Positions 48,801 to 62,400 of a DNA stretch of 64,000 nt are shown piece by piece (within the stretch, counting starts at the first letter, position 1; each line of letters begins with the position of its first letter). A program made the translations under genes and the position numbers. The stretch is from positions 93,124,001-93,188,000 of the forward strand of contig OZ260662.1 in NCBI GenBank assembly GCA_965285935.1, read 5' to 3'. Origin of the DNA: Ophelia neglecta (lineage: Eukaryota). The notes under the pieces are model-generated. The model did not search any database, was not told the origin of the DNA, and was given only the letters and a program-made list of their open reading frames with translations.

Positions 48801-51800
48801 CAATATGTTGATCCATTGAACACTTTGTTCTCTATTCGAGAAGAGCAGCAAGGTTCTTCTACTTTGTGAGTCTCCATCCTGGTTCTTCCTGCTAGCATGA
48901 CATTTGAGAATTACTCAATCTCCTGATGTGCTGTCTGTTTGAATGGAATAATTGCATGCCATAGCTGTGTTTAGTGAATGAACATAGATGAGAGTAGGGG
49001 TATACATTTCACAGTCCAGCTCATTTTATTCAAATGAAGGTCCAATGACAAACTGTTTACTGGTAGAAGCTTCCGGGCCACAACAATAGGCAAGCATGGA
49101 TCACTACCTTCGTATAAAATCTCAGGCTAATAATTCATGATCAAAGGAGACAAATAACAAGCATCTTTTCTGTGTTTTTTTTTATTAGTTGAACTTGTAT
49201 CCTGATTTAACAAATGTTTTTTTCTTTCACAGAGAGGCTCAAGAATTAAGCAAGTTGCTCACACTAATAAACACATCTCACGTCAGACAAAAGGTAAGCC
49301 GGAGAAGGAGTTACCGAAATTATTGATTCATCAGATATTGGCTACAGAATTATTCTGCTTAAACAAATTAATGTGTTTTAGCTAGTATTTTTTGTAGCTA
49401 ACATATTTATGGGCATAGTTGACTATGCTTATTTGTGTAGCACATTGTTCAGGTTTTTCTTCTGATAAATTTGTATTCATGTAGTACAAGTGTTAAGAAA
49501 ATAACTGTCATAAGTTTGATGGTTACTTGGTGTTCAGAAATGTTGGTAGACTTACCCTGGTCTTCTATAAACTTTATAACAAATACTGTATTGATAAATT
49601 TCAATGAGCTAGCAGATTAACACTCTACTTAACACTAAGTAATGACCAATTAGTGAGCTTGGCTTCTGGTTTATTATCATGCAAGCATTCTAACTCCCTC
49701 GAGGTATACAGGAAATTATAAACTCCATTGTTTGAAGGGGTAGTAATGGTTAATAAATGAGATTTTGGCAACCATATAAGTAAACAATGTGGAGCTTGTA
49801 ACATGTATTTCTATACACTTCTCCAGGTTTGACTATAGATTGCAGTTTCAATTGAAACAATACCATGTATATGACAGACTGTCTGATATGTGGTTAAATT
49901 CTTGGAATGTGTCTAGATTTGTTTCCTACAGATTTGTATCATGGATAAAATGTGTTTAATCTGATTTAATTTATTACATAGTTGCCATTGTGTTTGCTAG
50001 TATCCATTTCGCCCTGTCCCATCACGCAGTGCACCAACAATTGAAATTTAGGAAAGCCTCAGAGACTATTGTTGTTGACGCCTGATGACAGAAGATTGAT
50101 ATAGATTGAGTCAAGGCATGTCTGTCTCTGACAGTTGTTGGTTGATTGAATGCCGATAGCTGTGTTCAACACCTTGTCATATAAAGTGAACAGTGATGCC
50201 ACAATCCAATCAGATCTGACTGACTGTTGAGACTGTCACTCTACCAGTAGTCTGTGTTCAGATTAAACATAGCTAGCAAAGCTTTAATACCTCAACAGCA
50301 AGAGGACATCACCTACATGTGGCATGTTAGGACTTACTCATGATTTTTAACTAAAAACAGAAAAAATGTCACCCTGCCCTGGAAATCAGGTATTTATGGT
50401 CACTCACTACATCACCTGGGTTATTATTCCCAGACTTATCTCACTGATGAGTTAGAAGCTACATGTATGAGTTTGGTGTACATAGATTGTTATATACATG
50501 TACAGGTATATATTAAGTTTAGTTCAGTGATGTGAAGGATTTTATTTGAATCACCAAAGTGTATTCATGGAGTCTTGGTGATCGAGGATGCTTAAAAGAA
50601 ACTTGCCAAGTTGACATTTACAAAAGCAAGTCCCAGCTGAGATTCGAATGCAGGATCTATTAGTATTGTACCTACTTGTTTTCTTGTTTTATTGATTATT
50701 GATTGTGCTTTCAGTTGCCATCTTTGGACAGCGAGGACCGTCCTGTCTCCAATGCTCTACAATGGCCGTCTGCCCAGCCCCAGGCAGGCCAGGAGCAGCA
50801 TCGCTCGACCGAGGCAGACGCCCTGGAGAAGTTCAGTCTCACCTACCAGACAGAGAGAAACTTCACCGACCACCCACAAAACAAATACTTCAGCCACATC
50901 TTTTCCTCGCTGGTGAAACAAAGGCTGTCCAATCTGTAAGTCAACTTGTCATCTTCTGATACATTAATTTACTTGTATAGATTTAAACAAATCTTTGATA
51001 AGAATGTAAAAATTGATAAAATGAACAGTTAATATTAGTTAGTGATATTTAATGAATGGTTTACACTTATTTCCTTGCTTGTATTCTTTTATTATTAAAA
51101 TCTTTAGAATTCACTTAAGAAGGGCATGGAATGTACAAGATCTTTCTGAATCAAATATACAACAGACTTTATGATTTTTTCAGAGAATGGATGGAGCAGG
51201 CTCCTCCAGAGAATATCCTGCGGATGCTAGTGTGTTTTCGTATCATGATGCGAGACAACACCTATCAGATGAAGTTCTTTGAGTTGGGCGGGGTAAAGGT
51301 TCTGTCACAGCACATGCAGAAAGCCACAGATAGCTACATGGTTTACGGGGATGGACCATATGTCGTAGATATCCTAAAAGAAATGACAAGTAAGTCAGTT
51401 GAAGTGTAAAACAGCTTTAGTCAAAGTTTAAACTCCCAAGTTAATATGAAGCTTTTACAAAACACACCAGAAACTCAAGTTAAAAATAGAGGAATGCATT
51501 ATTAATTGCACATGCTCAATATGTTTTTTGACTGCTGTAAATGATTATAGAGATAATAAGCCTAATTTCTTTTGCAGACATTTTCCAGAAGTTGTCAGCT
51601 GTGGTGAAGCAGCACGAGTGGATGGTGGATTGTGGGGCGCACACATCCCTGGTGTTACTCATGTCTGCCAATGATGTGATCGTCCTCCACTGTACCCTCC
51701 ACGCCCTGATCAGCCTGGCCCAGAGTCCAGAGCCCAGCAAACTCATCGCAGAACTCAACTCCATCGAAGTGCTACTACGAATACTGCAGGATTATGACAC

Positions 51801-54800
51801 TCTCTCAAAAAAGTAAACAACTCATTTCTTCTGAAATTAATAATTTAAACTACTGATTAACCTGTTTATTATCTGACTGAGACAAGCACCATAAATAACA
51901 TAACACCTTCACACAGGTACATCAGGCATGGCAGTAAATTTAGAATATCGGATAAAAGATATTATTTAAATGACATATGGTAAACAGAGGGTAAATAAGA
52001 ATTATTTTTCAGTATTCTGAAGCGACTCAGTGACTTTACATTTAGTGTTGCTATTTTTCAGGCTAGCAGCGACACTTTTGCGATTGCTGTTTGCTAATTC
52101 ACAGGCAAGAGAAATGTTTAAAATATACGACGGCATTCCTCTTCTGTTAAGGTAAGTTTTTGTTTTTGCCAACATGTACCATCTCAAAAGTATATATTTC
52201 TTGTCCTATTTTGACATTATATTATGCTGAGTTTTTTCATGCATATGGTTGATTTCTGTATTTCAGTTTGTTGCACAGTGACAGTTTGAAGCTGTTGTGG
52301 AACGTATTATGGTGCTTGGTTCAGCTGTCCTCAGATCAGGAGATGAGTAACGACATACGACTGATGGGAGGCATCCCCCTTCTACTCTCACTTCTACAGT
52401 TAGTCTCACATTTATTCTCTCCCTCCTATAGTTAGTTCACATTTATTATCTTTAATGTTAGATTATGAAATCAAAAGTGCTTGCCTAGAAAATAATGTAG
52501 CAAATTTTAATATGATATTCAAGTACAAAATACTTTTGTATTTATTCACAATGAATAACACTTTTTCTTCCATCTGCTTTTATGATATTTATTAGTCAAG
52601 ACCCAGTCAGTCATATTTCCCTGTTATTTTCAGTGAACGGAAGTTTGTCTCGGACAGATCTGCCACCAGTGCCATTGCCCCGGCGAGTGCTTCTATCAAG
52701 TCTCCTGCCGTTACTGAGGAGGTAAGATATTATCATTTATATTACCTTTCAGGAATATAAAAACAGCCAATTGTTTGTCAAAATATGCCTTTATGTTGAG
52801 GAAAAACACAGAAATATTATTAGTAACTGGCATTCATAGTATATTGCTGTTAAGTATATCTGTTGTCATTTTCAATGTATACTTGTGGAGATGATGGTTA
52901 CATGTTATGTACAAGGATACAAACGGTTTTATTCTCTGGTTAGGACATGTGGTTTACAATGGGGGGTTTGCCTCTCACCCCATCGGGCTCGCCCAGCAAG
53001 CCCGGGAAGCAGGTGAGACTTGGGCTTAGTATGTACTGATTGAGTGTGAACTCACCTGCCCAACTCACCGCTCAACTCCTGTCACACTACTACCACTACT
53101 TCTTTAATATTGATAAGACATCACCAGTATCACAATAAAAAAACTAAGTTTGTTGACTTAACCGTTTTGGCCTGTAATTGTACTTTAATATCACTTTCTC
53201 CAGAAGATAATGATAGCAGGTGATACTGTATAATACACTCTTCAGATACTCAGATACTTGGGCACATGCCCATGATATAACACAATGTATATACCCTTAA
53301 AAAAAAAACTGATACACATTACCAAGTTAATTAGAGTGAGTTTTCTTTCATCTTCTCTGTATGTACTTTCATCTGTCTACGTCCAGTCTTGTATTGTACC
53401 AGAGGAACTGATAACTGCTTTCTCAATCCCAGTCTTTTCCGCAGTGTACCACATTACCTGATAAATGCCCAAGACTTTAAATTGTTGGCCCGTGTATATA
53501 GAATTATAAAAGTGAGAAACCACAGTAATGAAGGGAATTTGCTAGGGGTTAAGTTTGGCACCAATTGTGTAGCCTTTCAGATCTGAGATTAAAATATATA
53601 TTTGCAAATATGGTCACCTTATCATAATATATAACAATGTTTGTATTATGCTGTAATAATATCTAATGGGGGCTAATCGTGTCAATAAATGAAGTTATCT
53701 ATTTTTGATTAACTGGTGTATGGAATAATTGTGAAATACTAATCCTTATAGAGAAAACACTTAAACTTTCAAAGGATGCACACAATTCACAGAAATCAGA
53801 CGGCTTTGAGTTAGAATACAGTTAGTTACTAAAGGTGTTGGGTTTTAACTTTTCATGTGTATATTTCTCACATGGCTGCCCTGCCCGCAGTCAGCATTAG
53901 GTGCTGTGTTCACTGGCTGACTAGTGCTCCATTATTAGACAGTTTACTACTATTGGATAGTGGTGTTAGTAGTAGTATGTCTATCACAGTTGCCTTGTAC
54001 AGCTTGTGTGACTTTATGTAAAATATGTTTTAATGTTAAATGAGTTGGTTAAGGGATCATTCAGTTGTTTCAATGACAGTAATATTTCCTTTTTAGACTG
54101 ATGAGATGAAGGAACAACAGTTATCAATGAAGTCAGCATGCTGTGCCTGTTTGACAGAACTTGTCCTCAATGACACTAACGCCCAGCATGTGGTCCTCTC
54201 CAATGGGGTCTACTCTATTGGACTGCTCATGCTGCCACAAGTTGATGCCAGCCGAAATAAGAGAGCAACACTACAGGTAGGAAAACTTGACACAATACAC
54301 AATTGGAGTCCCGCTGGACACATTATATACAGAGAGTCTGGCTTGAAACTTTATATAGACGTTGTCTGGGTAGTCACAAAATGATTCCGTCTAATTTTTA
54401 ATATTGATACATTTTTAAAAAGCTTCAAAAAAGTTTTTGACATGAATGAATATTCATAGATTTTCTGTTATTTTCAATGGCATTAAAAGATATCATTGCT
54501 ATGCCTTCTAGAAAAAATACTGTCTCAAAGTGAAATCCAGGAAATTATAAAGAAGAGATTTTATTCATGAAGTGTTTGTTCTTCAGGCGAATGCATTTAG
54601 AACGCTGAGATTCCTGTTTAGTATGGAGAGGAACCGAGGACTGTTTAAACGCCTCTTTCCTCCTGAACTCTTTGAAGAGTTCATCGACATCGGACACTAC
54701 AACAGAGACATCAAGGCGTACTACTCACTAGTGGAAAAAATCAACAGTTTATCGGTAAGTGTTTCCGTCTCCTTATATCCAAGCTCTAAGGAAATAATCA

Positions 54801-57800
54801 TACAGGTGATTTTTTAAATGAATATACCTTAGAACAAAATTTTGAAGCATCTTTCAAACTAGAGGTGGCATTGTTATTGTAGGAGGAGACATTGGATGAG
54901 ATACATAACAATCTGGAGCAGACCAATCAGAACAAGGCGCCGTCTCGTTATATCCAGGACTACGCCGTCTTGGAGCTGTTAGGATCTGGGGCGTTTGGTT
55001 CGGTGTACAAGGTGAAGAAAAAGACTGCTGGACAGTCAGGAAACTTTCTGGCCATGAAGGAGGTAGGAAAGTCATACATCACAGTTTCATATGAGCATAC
55101 TTCTACATTGGTATCACAATGCCACAGTAATATTTTACATTGACTTCTTGCCCTAAATATAATTAGGTTTTGAACACCCTTTTTTCAGATCAATACAAAT
55201 TCATGGGGACCTAATTCTCGTGAAAGAGAGAAGAGTGTGGGATCAGTGATCAGCGAGCTGACCATCATCAGGGAACAACTCAAACATCCAAATGTTGTTC
55301 GCTATTATAAAACTTTTGTGGAAAGTAAGTCCCAAGTTTCTGTTTCATTGTAAGCTTTTCCATTAAATATTTTATAAGTCTGTGATTAACATGGTGTACT
55401 GACTTCTCACGCACAAGTAGTGGAGAGAAGATATCTAGATTTGTGACTCTTAGCTATAGATAATATTTCACTGACATACATGTACATGTATTGTGTTTTT
55501 GTTTCCAGTGGACAAGCTTTACATAGTGATGGAGCTGATCGAGGGGGCGCCACTGTATGAACATTTCAACTCCCTCAAGGAAAAGAAAGAACACTTATCT
55601 GAGGAGAGAATATGGAATATCTTTACCCAGATTATCCTGGCTCTCAGATACCTCCACAAAGACAAAGGCATTGTACATCGTGATCTCTCACCCAATAATA
55701 TTATGTTGGGGGAAAACGACAAAGTGACAATCAGTAAGTTGAAACCTCAGTCCTGCCCATGCAAAAATATTGTTCATAACATATATCCACTCTGCTAGAA
55801 AATATTAAATTAATTGCTATAAATGTAAATGATCCTTGGTTAACTTCAACATTTGTGTTTGTTCACAGCTGACTTTGGTCTGGCCAAGCAGAAGCAGGCA
55901 GACTGTAGTAAGATGAACTCAGTGGTGGGTACCATCCTCTACTCCTGTCCAGAGGTTGTACAGAGTCAGCCGTATGGGGAGAAGGCAGACGTCTGGGCCA
56001 CAGGATGTATACTCTACCAGATGTGCACACTCACCCCTCCCTTCTATGGGACCAACATGCTCTCCCTGGTCACTAAGGTCAGTTCTTAGCTGCTGTTTAT
56101 TTTTTCAGATTAAAATTAGGGTTTTGATATTGTGGTTTTAAGTTTATTGAAAAAAAAAGTAACCCTTTTATCTTTTTTTTTCTTCAGATTGTTTCTTCCA
56201 GCTATGCATCCCTGCCGGAAGGTATGTACTCCGATCAGGTTGTCTCCACCATAGAGAAATGTCTGACGGTCGATCCCACAGTCAGACCAGATACAGTAGG
56301 AGTCGCCGCTCACATTGCTGACAAAATAATGGTCCAAATGGACAAAGGTCGGCGAGAGCAGATGTATCTGGAGAAAAAACTGGAACAGGAACGCAGACGC
56401 ACTCAGCGTCATTTCTTTGAGGCCAATAAAAATATGCAGAATTACCACAAACTGTTTCTAATGTCTCAAGAAAGATATGATAAACTGGTGAATCTGGCCA
56501 GTAGTGGGGGTGGTTCCAGTATCAAGGATGAGAATGACCTGACGGACGGTGTATTCTCGGATATTGAAATGAACGCTGCTAAGTCTCGTAATGGTAGCAA
56601 TAACACACAAACCTCCAGTAATGGAAAGGAGTCAGCTGATGAGAGAACACTCGTTGATGGAGGTGAGAATATAAGCTTCAGCATATATGAAATTTATTTT
56701 TCAAATTGTCTAAAAACAATAATACAATCATCAAAAGTGCTCTGCATGGGGTAATTCTTCATGAGAAATACTATAATATTTATATTTATTTCAGGAGATT
56801 GCTGGCCAAGTGACGATGAATTAGCCAGTAGTTCTGGTTCAGAACCTCAGTCCAGGGAAAGTAGTGCAGGAGCTACTCGTTCAGTATTACAAGACAGTGT
56901 GGTTCCTAGGCCACCAGAGGGAAGTCCAAAATCACGACGGAAAATCAGAAACTGTGACCAATTCTCACAACAACTAACTTTGGATATCCCCCATAAGTCT
57001 TCAGTAAGCCGGGACTCAGGCATCTCTTCAGGGGATCCTTCACCAAACAACTGTTCTCCACCATTTGCTTCAAAGCAGGGAACGCCGTCTGCTTCCCAGC
57101 AGGGACCGCCGTCTGCTTCCCAGCAGGGACCTCCGTCTGCTCCTGTGTCATGTGACACATTGGAGCCCCTGGCATTGAGACCTCGTGCCTTTACCAATTC
57201 TCATCGCTCTCCCAGCTGTCCAACACTAGAGTCAAATGGCAAAAGAATGACATCCAGTGGCAGAATAAGGCCCAGTAAGTGCCAATTTTTTTTATACATG
57301 TTTCTATTAATTGTTGATAAAAGGTTTGTAAAAAGAAACTAAATGACAGTTAGTAAAACTACTGTTAAAAGCTTATCGTTTACTAATATTATGTCCTGAA
57401 TTTTCAGATAGTGCCACACCTGCTACGCTAACCATATCTCCAAGAAAGGTGCAGAAAATCAACGACCCTATCCTGCAGATCCTTCACCAATTACACAAAA
57501 TCATATACATCACACAGCTGCCCCCAACACTCGCTCTAAACATGAGACGGAGAGTCGTTGAACAGTTCAAACGGGCACTCTTTGCTCCTCAAAGCACCTG
57601 TTCTAATCTTAAAAGTGAATTAAAGAAACTGATAACTGGTTCAAGGGATGTGATAGACCTTCACTTGAGTGCAGGAGAATCACAAAAACTGGCTCGACAA
57701 GTCAGCCAGGAACAGGAGGCAATAGCAGGGAACTCCAACAACCAAAGTAGGCACCATTTTAACCTATAAAGTTATAAGGAAAAATAGCATAGATCATAGA

Positions 57801-58114
57801 AATACTAAACAATACTTAGCCTCTAGCTTTGCCTTCCTATAATCTGCCTATTGGTAAGTGAAAACTATCAGTTACTTAAATTATATAAATGATTATTATT
57901 TTATTTTCCAGGTCAGTTTAATTTCTCTGATGAATCTGATGGTGGCATCACATATGAACATATTCAGACAATCATAGAGAGTGTTCTCGTTGAGAGTGGA
58001 TATTACGATATGGGTAACAGGACTCACAATCGGACTTCTCCGCTCGGGCCATTAATGGCCAGCGCCTTCAACAGTGATGCATTTGGTGTAAACCAGTCTC
58101 TCAAATCTGCATAA
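39871..58114 (+). CDS. NEK10: Serine/threonine (dual-specificity) protein kinase NEK10
   Basis: Exons 39871-39935 (inferred first), 49233-49293, 50715-50935, 51184-51389, 51578-51812, 52062-52151, 52267-52398, 52634-52721, [52944-53012 cassette], 54097-54276, 54587-54754, 54883-55062, 55189-55324, 55509-55733, 55869-56077, 56188-56662, 56795-57274, 57408-57746, 57912-58114 (~1230 aa). Recognisable motifs: STEADALEKFSLTYQTERNF, ARM-like repeats, LRFLFSMERNR..FKRLFP, LGSGAFGSVYK, AMKE, HRDLSPNN, DFGLAKQK, VGTILYSCPE, DPILQILHQLHKIIYITQLPP and GITYEHIQTIIESVLVESGYY. AATAAA at ~59535. Confidence 0.95.
40641..40778. mobile_element. Small MITE with ~28-bp imperfect TIRs
   Basis: ATGGGTGATTCTCTAATACTGGTGACAA versus TTGTCACCAGTTTTGGAGAATTATCCAT (reverse complements with 4 mismatches). 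Confidence 0.7.
42855..43031. mobile_element. MITE of the same family as 27602-27765, opposite orientation, degenerate
   Basis: AAACCTGTGAATTGTGACCACC ... GGTGGTCTTATGGCAGGTTTGATTG, with internal GTGGTC repeats mirroring the 27602 element. Confidence 0.75.
44612..45030 (+). repeat. 31-bp purine-rich minisatellite, degenerating toward its 3' end
   Basis: Unit GTAATGGTAGGCAAAGAGGCAGACGGAGAGG with period 31 (44688, 44719, 44750, ...). Confidence 0.9.
45062..45300 (+). repeat. 87-bp tandem repeat (~2.5 copies)
   Basis: GGGTAATGGCATATAACATGA recurs at 45063, 45150 and 45237. Confidence 0.9.
57073..57144 (+). repeat. Coding 24-bp tandem repeat in NEK10 (KQGTPSAS-QQGPPSAS-QQGPPSAP)
   Basis: CAGGG(A/C)CCGCCGTCTGCTTCCCAG-like unit x3 within exon 56795-57274. 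Confidence 0.85.
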
Positions 58115-61100
58115 TGGCGTGCTGACAGTAGTGCAAGAGTAGTTTTCCTTGTTTTGTATTGTGGAGTACCTGCTTGCACCATTCGTGTGGCTTACCTTGT
58201 TATAGTGCTACAAAAAGTGACCAAATTCCGTCCAAATATTGCATACGGCAATCAGATTTGGCTCACAGGAAATTCCATATCAAAGATGGCAATGTGGATC
58301 CGTCCAAGACTGAGTTACAAGTGAATTTAAGTGTCCATTATTCAAGAGAATACACCCAAAAGTATTACCTTAATTAAATGTTATATATATTGTACAGTTT
58401 GCGAGTATTTATTGATTCATTCCGTCCTGCATATTAATGAATTGGAGCTAGTTTTGATTGGCTCGAGGACTAGTTTTCTTGCACAGAGTGATACTATTTA
58501 TAAAGATATATAATTATACATATTGGTGACCTTTATCACCAGCAGAAAACCAAAAAACAATTTATTGCAGATATTAGGGCATGCCCTTTATATTTTAATT
58601 AAAAATCAAGATTAGAACTCACTTTTAGAACAGCAGTTTTGTTCACATGTATAAATACTTTCTTTTTAAACTTATGGTGAAACAAAATCAAACATTTGTT
58701 GAGTGTACAGAGTTAATGTTATGCACTTAGCTAGTTTATCCTACATTGACAATTCTCACTTTCCTTCACTCTTTTAAATGTCATCACTGGGCAATGATAT
58801 ATAGGAATAGAAAATTATCATGTGTTTGTGGAGATCATCAACTACATTTGGTGATTGAACAATTTATGTTGACCAAAGGTTCTTTTTATGTTATGATGTT
58901 TGGGACAAAGCTTTCCAGACTATTAAAATATCACATTAAAATCATATCACAGTCAAACTACAAGTTCATAGAGTAAAAGTGTGTAAGTAATATGTTCAGA
59001 AAGATTGCCAAGAATTGAGTTCAAGGCACATGTTTTACACATTAAAAGTTGTTTTTGGCAGTATCAATGAATGTTGCTCTACTAGTCAAACATTAACTGC
59101 AGTGAAACCTGTTAGGAATATTAGTTGTTATTAATATTTGTTAACTAAGTCTATAGGTAATTATTGGCTTGTCAATTATGGAGGGAGTGTTCAATATAAT
59201 ATATTGTTATTGATATGTATTGAGATATTTCAGTTTAAAGGTGTATCATTGAAATCCTATTAAACTTCAAAATTCAAAATTCCTATAATAAATCAGTTGT
59301 TTAGTACAACACAATATGATATTTTCTGATGAGTAGTCCCGCAGCAACTGGGATGTGTAAACTTCTACAACAGACTTGTCCGGTCATATCTTTGGAACAT
59401 ATTTTGTTTGTGTGAGAACAATTATTTAACACCTATTAGGTGGTTTAAGTGTGTGATCAGCATATGGAAATTAATGGATATTTGGTACAATTTGTTGTTT
59501 GTCTTATTGCATGAAATTATCATGTAAAGAGATAAATAAAATACATTCAAGTCAAGCAGGTTGTTATTTCTAAAGTTGCTTTACTTTTACATTGCTTTAA
59601 TTCCTGGCCAAAGTACAGCTGTAAAATTAAACTTGTTAAATGGCATTTTTAGAAGTCAGCTTAACTAGTAACAGCTCATTTATCTGATGAAACATATGGG
59701 TAATGTTTATCCTGGTTAATATCTCTATTTATGAGCCATTGAACAATACAATACCCTGTACTATGTTCATGTTGGCTACAATTAAAAAGAAATGATATTG
59801 GAGTGCAGTCCTCCATTTTGGAAAACCAACTTAGAAGGTTTTGAAGCCTGATATGAGAATTTCAAGTTTGAAATTGTAGGGACTTCGGACCTCACAGTCA
59901 AACACCAATGGAAAGCTTTAAACAGTCTAATATAATTTGATGGTATTGATTGATCTCTTCAGAAAATCACTGAAAATATGACCATAGTAATTTTTATAAC
60001 ATGCTGTGCATTCCTGTCACTTTTTCTCACTCTTCAAGGTGTGAAGGGTACTAGGGAGAGAGAAAAATAGTAGGAGAGAACCTTTGATGACTTTCATGGA
60101 TCTTGATGTGTATTCAGAAGTCAAGTACATTTACTACCCGATCACCTAGTAATACAAGAGTTGTGGCCCTTTTATTGTCTCTCTAACTTAAATAAAGAAA
60201 AGTATCGCATCATTATGAAACTAGGTTACCAGCGAGATCACACCAGTTATCTTGGAACAAATACCCTTGGAATTTTGTTTACTACAGAAATACCAGAGTT
60301 ATTGTTGTTGCATTGTTAAGAATGGGAGAATTAGACTTGTCCAGACAATAACTTCTGTTTTTATCATCTCTGGGTTAAGTTGGATAGCTAGCCACTTCGC
60401 ACTGCTTATCGTAGTCATAAAATTTGATTGAGGGAATTAATTGTTCTAGTGAAACAGCCAGTTCTGTGGAAATTTAGTTTTTATGAGACACCACATAAAT
60501 AACTATTATCTTTCTCAGCACATAACTTGAGCAAGGAAAATGTTGAATTCCTGCATCTGTCAGAAAACACAAAAGAATGCATCATCAAATTAATGAATGC
60601 TATATTAGTGTGCTCAGGCCCTGTCCCAGTGGGGTGTTTTTTCCACTCCAAACTCAAGTCATTTATCCAGTCATTAACTTAATACAACCTTTCTGGTGCA
60701 CAACATACTTTTTACTTCTAAGTGATCTGGTTATGCTGATATTGTACCAGAAGCTTCAGCCTAAATTCAAGGCTTTATGAATTAAAGTGGGGTTTTTGAC
60801 CCAATGTTCCCCAGTGCCCTCTAGCGCTTAAGTTATCAATTTAATTTCTTGTAATTTCTATAGAAAGAAAATTCAGGACGGTTTTGAATCGATCCCCCAC
60901 CCACAATCCCTAGCCCATGCAATGTAACTTCAACATAGCCATACCTAAAAACTGTTTGAAGGTGGTTAGAGAAAAAGTTAGATCCTCCAAATTGATTCGA
61001 ACAGTTTGTGCTTAAGTTTACATACCTTGGCCAGTTAAACCATGGCCCTTAAATATGCATGGAATTTTTAATAGATGTTGATGCTCATTGGTCAGTTGCT

Positions 61101-61348
61101 TGCTGGATGTGCTTCTAAATCAAGAGCACATAAGAGGCATGCTGGCCATAAAGGGGCATTATAATATCAAAATATCAAAATATCTTATGTTAATTGAAAT
61201 AACAAAAAATGAGAGGAAATAGGATGATTCAGTGAAGACCATGAAGCCAGCATAGATGGATAACCTTGATTTCCTAGGAAAGACATCATAAACAGGTTAT
61301 AGAACAGCTATAAACTGTATTTGAGGACTAAAAGAAGAAGGTGTTACA

Positions 61349-61511
61349 CAGTGATCCCTGCGATGTAGGGCCCCTCCAATGAAGGGCCACCTGCGATGGC
61401 AGGCCACTTTTCTAATACCCAAGTCCTATCTTTACCATGTTAAAGTACCTCTGATGAAGGGCCATCTGCAATGTAGGGCCACTTTTCCTTGGATACAGAG
61501 CCGAGCCACTG
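61349..61511. mobile_element. MITE related to 4761-4927, opposite orientation, with a partly deleted right end
   Basis: CAGTGATCCCTGCGATGTAGGGCCCCTCC ... TTTTCCTTGG ... CCACTG-TA mirrors the 4761 element. Confidence 0.75.
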
Positions 61512-61557
61512 TATTTGTGGTTCATGGACAAAAAAATAGCTGTGCAACCGTGAATAT

Positions 61558-62400
61558 TAGGGGAGAGCAAGGTGCATTGGGACATGGGGTATATTGGGAC
61601 TATGCCGTTTTTGGTTTTAATTCTTAGACTAGTTCAGTGATGACATCACCAATGTGCCACAAGGTGTGCCCTCCCTTAAGAATGGGCAATGGAAGGAGCT
61701 GATGAAAAATTTATGTTTTTCCCCTCTGAGTAAATGTGTGATCCTGTCTTTTATTGTATTTTCTTATACAAAACTCAACAATATCTATGATGCTGTGCAC
61801 AGATTGAAAGTATAGCATATAAGGTAGCTTTAGCGATAACATTCCCTCATTTATAATTAGTCTCTTTGAGCTACTTTCAAAAGAACTCACAAGGTCAAGA
61901 TGGAGTGCATTGGGACATGCTTGTTGGGGGTATGTTAGTAATACATTGGGACAGTGTACCCCACTGCGGCGTGCATTAAACAGTGAATATTTAATAATGA
62001 AGAAAGAGTTGTGTAGTTTATTGATCAGATGGCATTATCAAATATGACTACAAGGGCTTGCTTTGGTTTGACTGGGCTGTATCAAGTCACGGCTTGTCTT
62101 ACTTCCGAGATCATGTGGAGTGGACTGGTGGTTCCACTTGTGGCACAATTTTCTCTACCATTTTTTTACCAGTTTGCAAGAGTAGTAGATTACTGATAGG
62201 TTAGCTTGTGCAAAAAGTACTTCCATCAAAAGTCACATGACAGGCTACGGTCACAATATATTTGTATAGGATGGGGACGTTGATACGACTTTATATATTG
62301 CTTTACTAGTAGCCAGTTTCTATGAATTTTTCAAATTGCACTTAAGTCATTTTTTATTTATTTTGTGAATGCAAGTGTTGAAACTAGCTAGTACACAAGC
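61558..62400. mobile_element. Degraded DNA-transposon fragment (pogo-like)
   Basis: Starts TAGGGGAGAGC with repeated CATTGGGACA motifs (61576, 61595, 61908, 61944). The minus strand at 62150-62270 has stop-interrupted Cys/His-containing fragments. No second TIR was found. Confidence 0.35.

Noticed and set aside
48762-48870. Additional phase-2 NEK10 upstream exon ending TT|GTGAGT
   Set aside because: The frame is open but has no in-frame ATG and only a weak acceptor.
50620-50665. tRNA or SINE-like B-box fragment (GAGATTCGAA)
   Set aside because: No cloverleaf or A-box can be assembled; too degraded to call.
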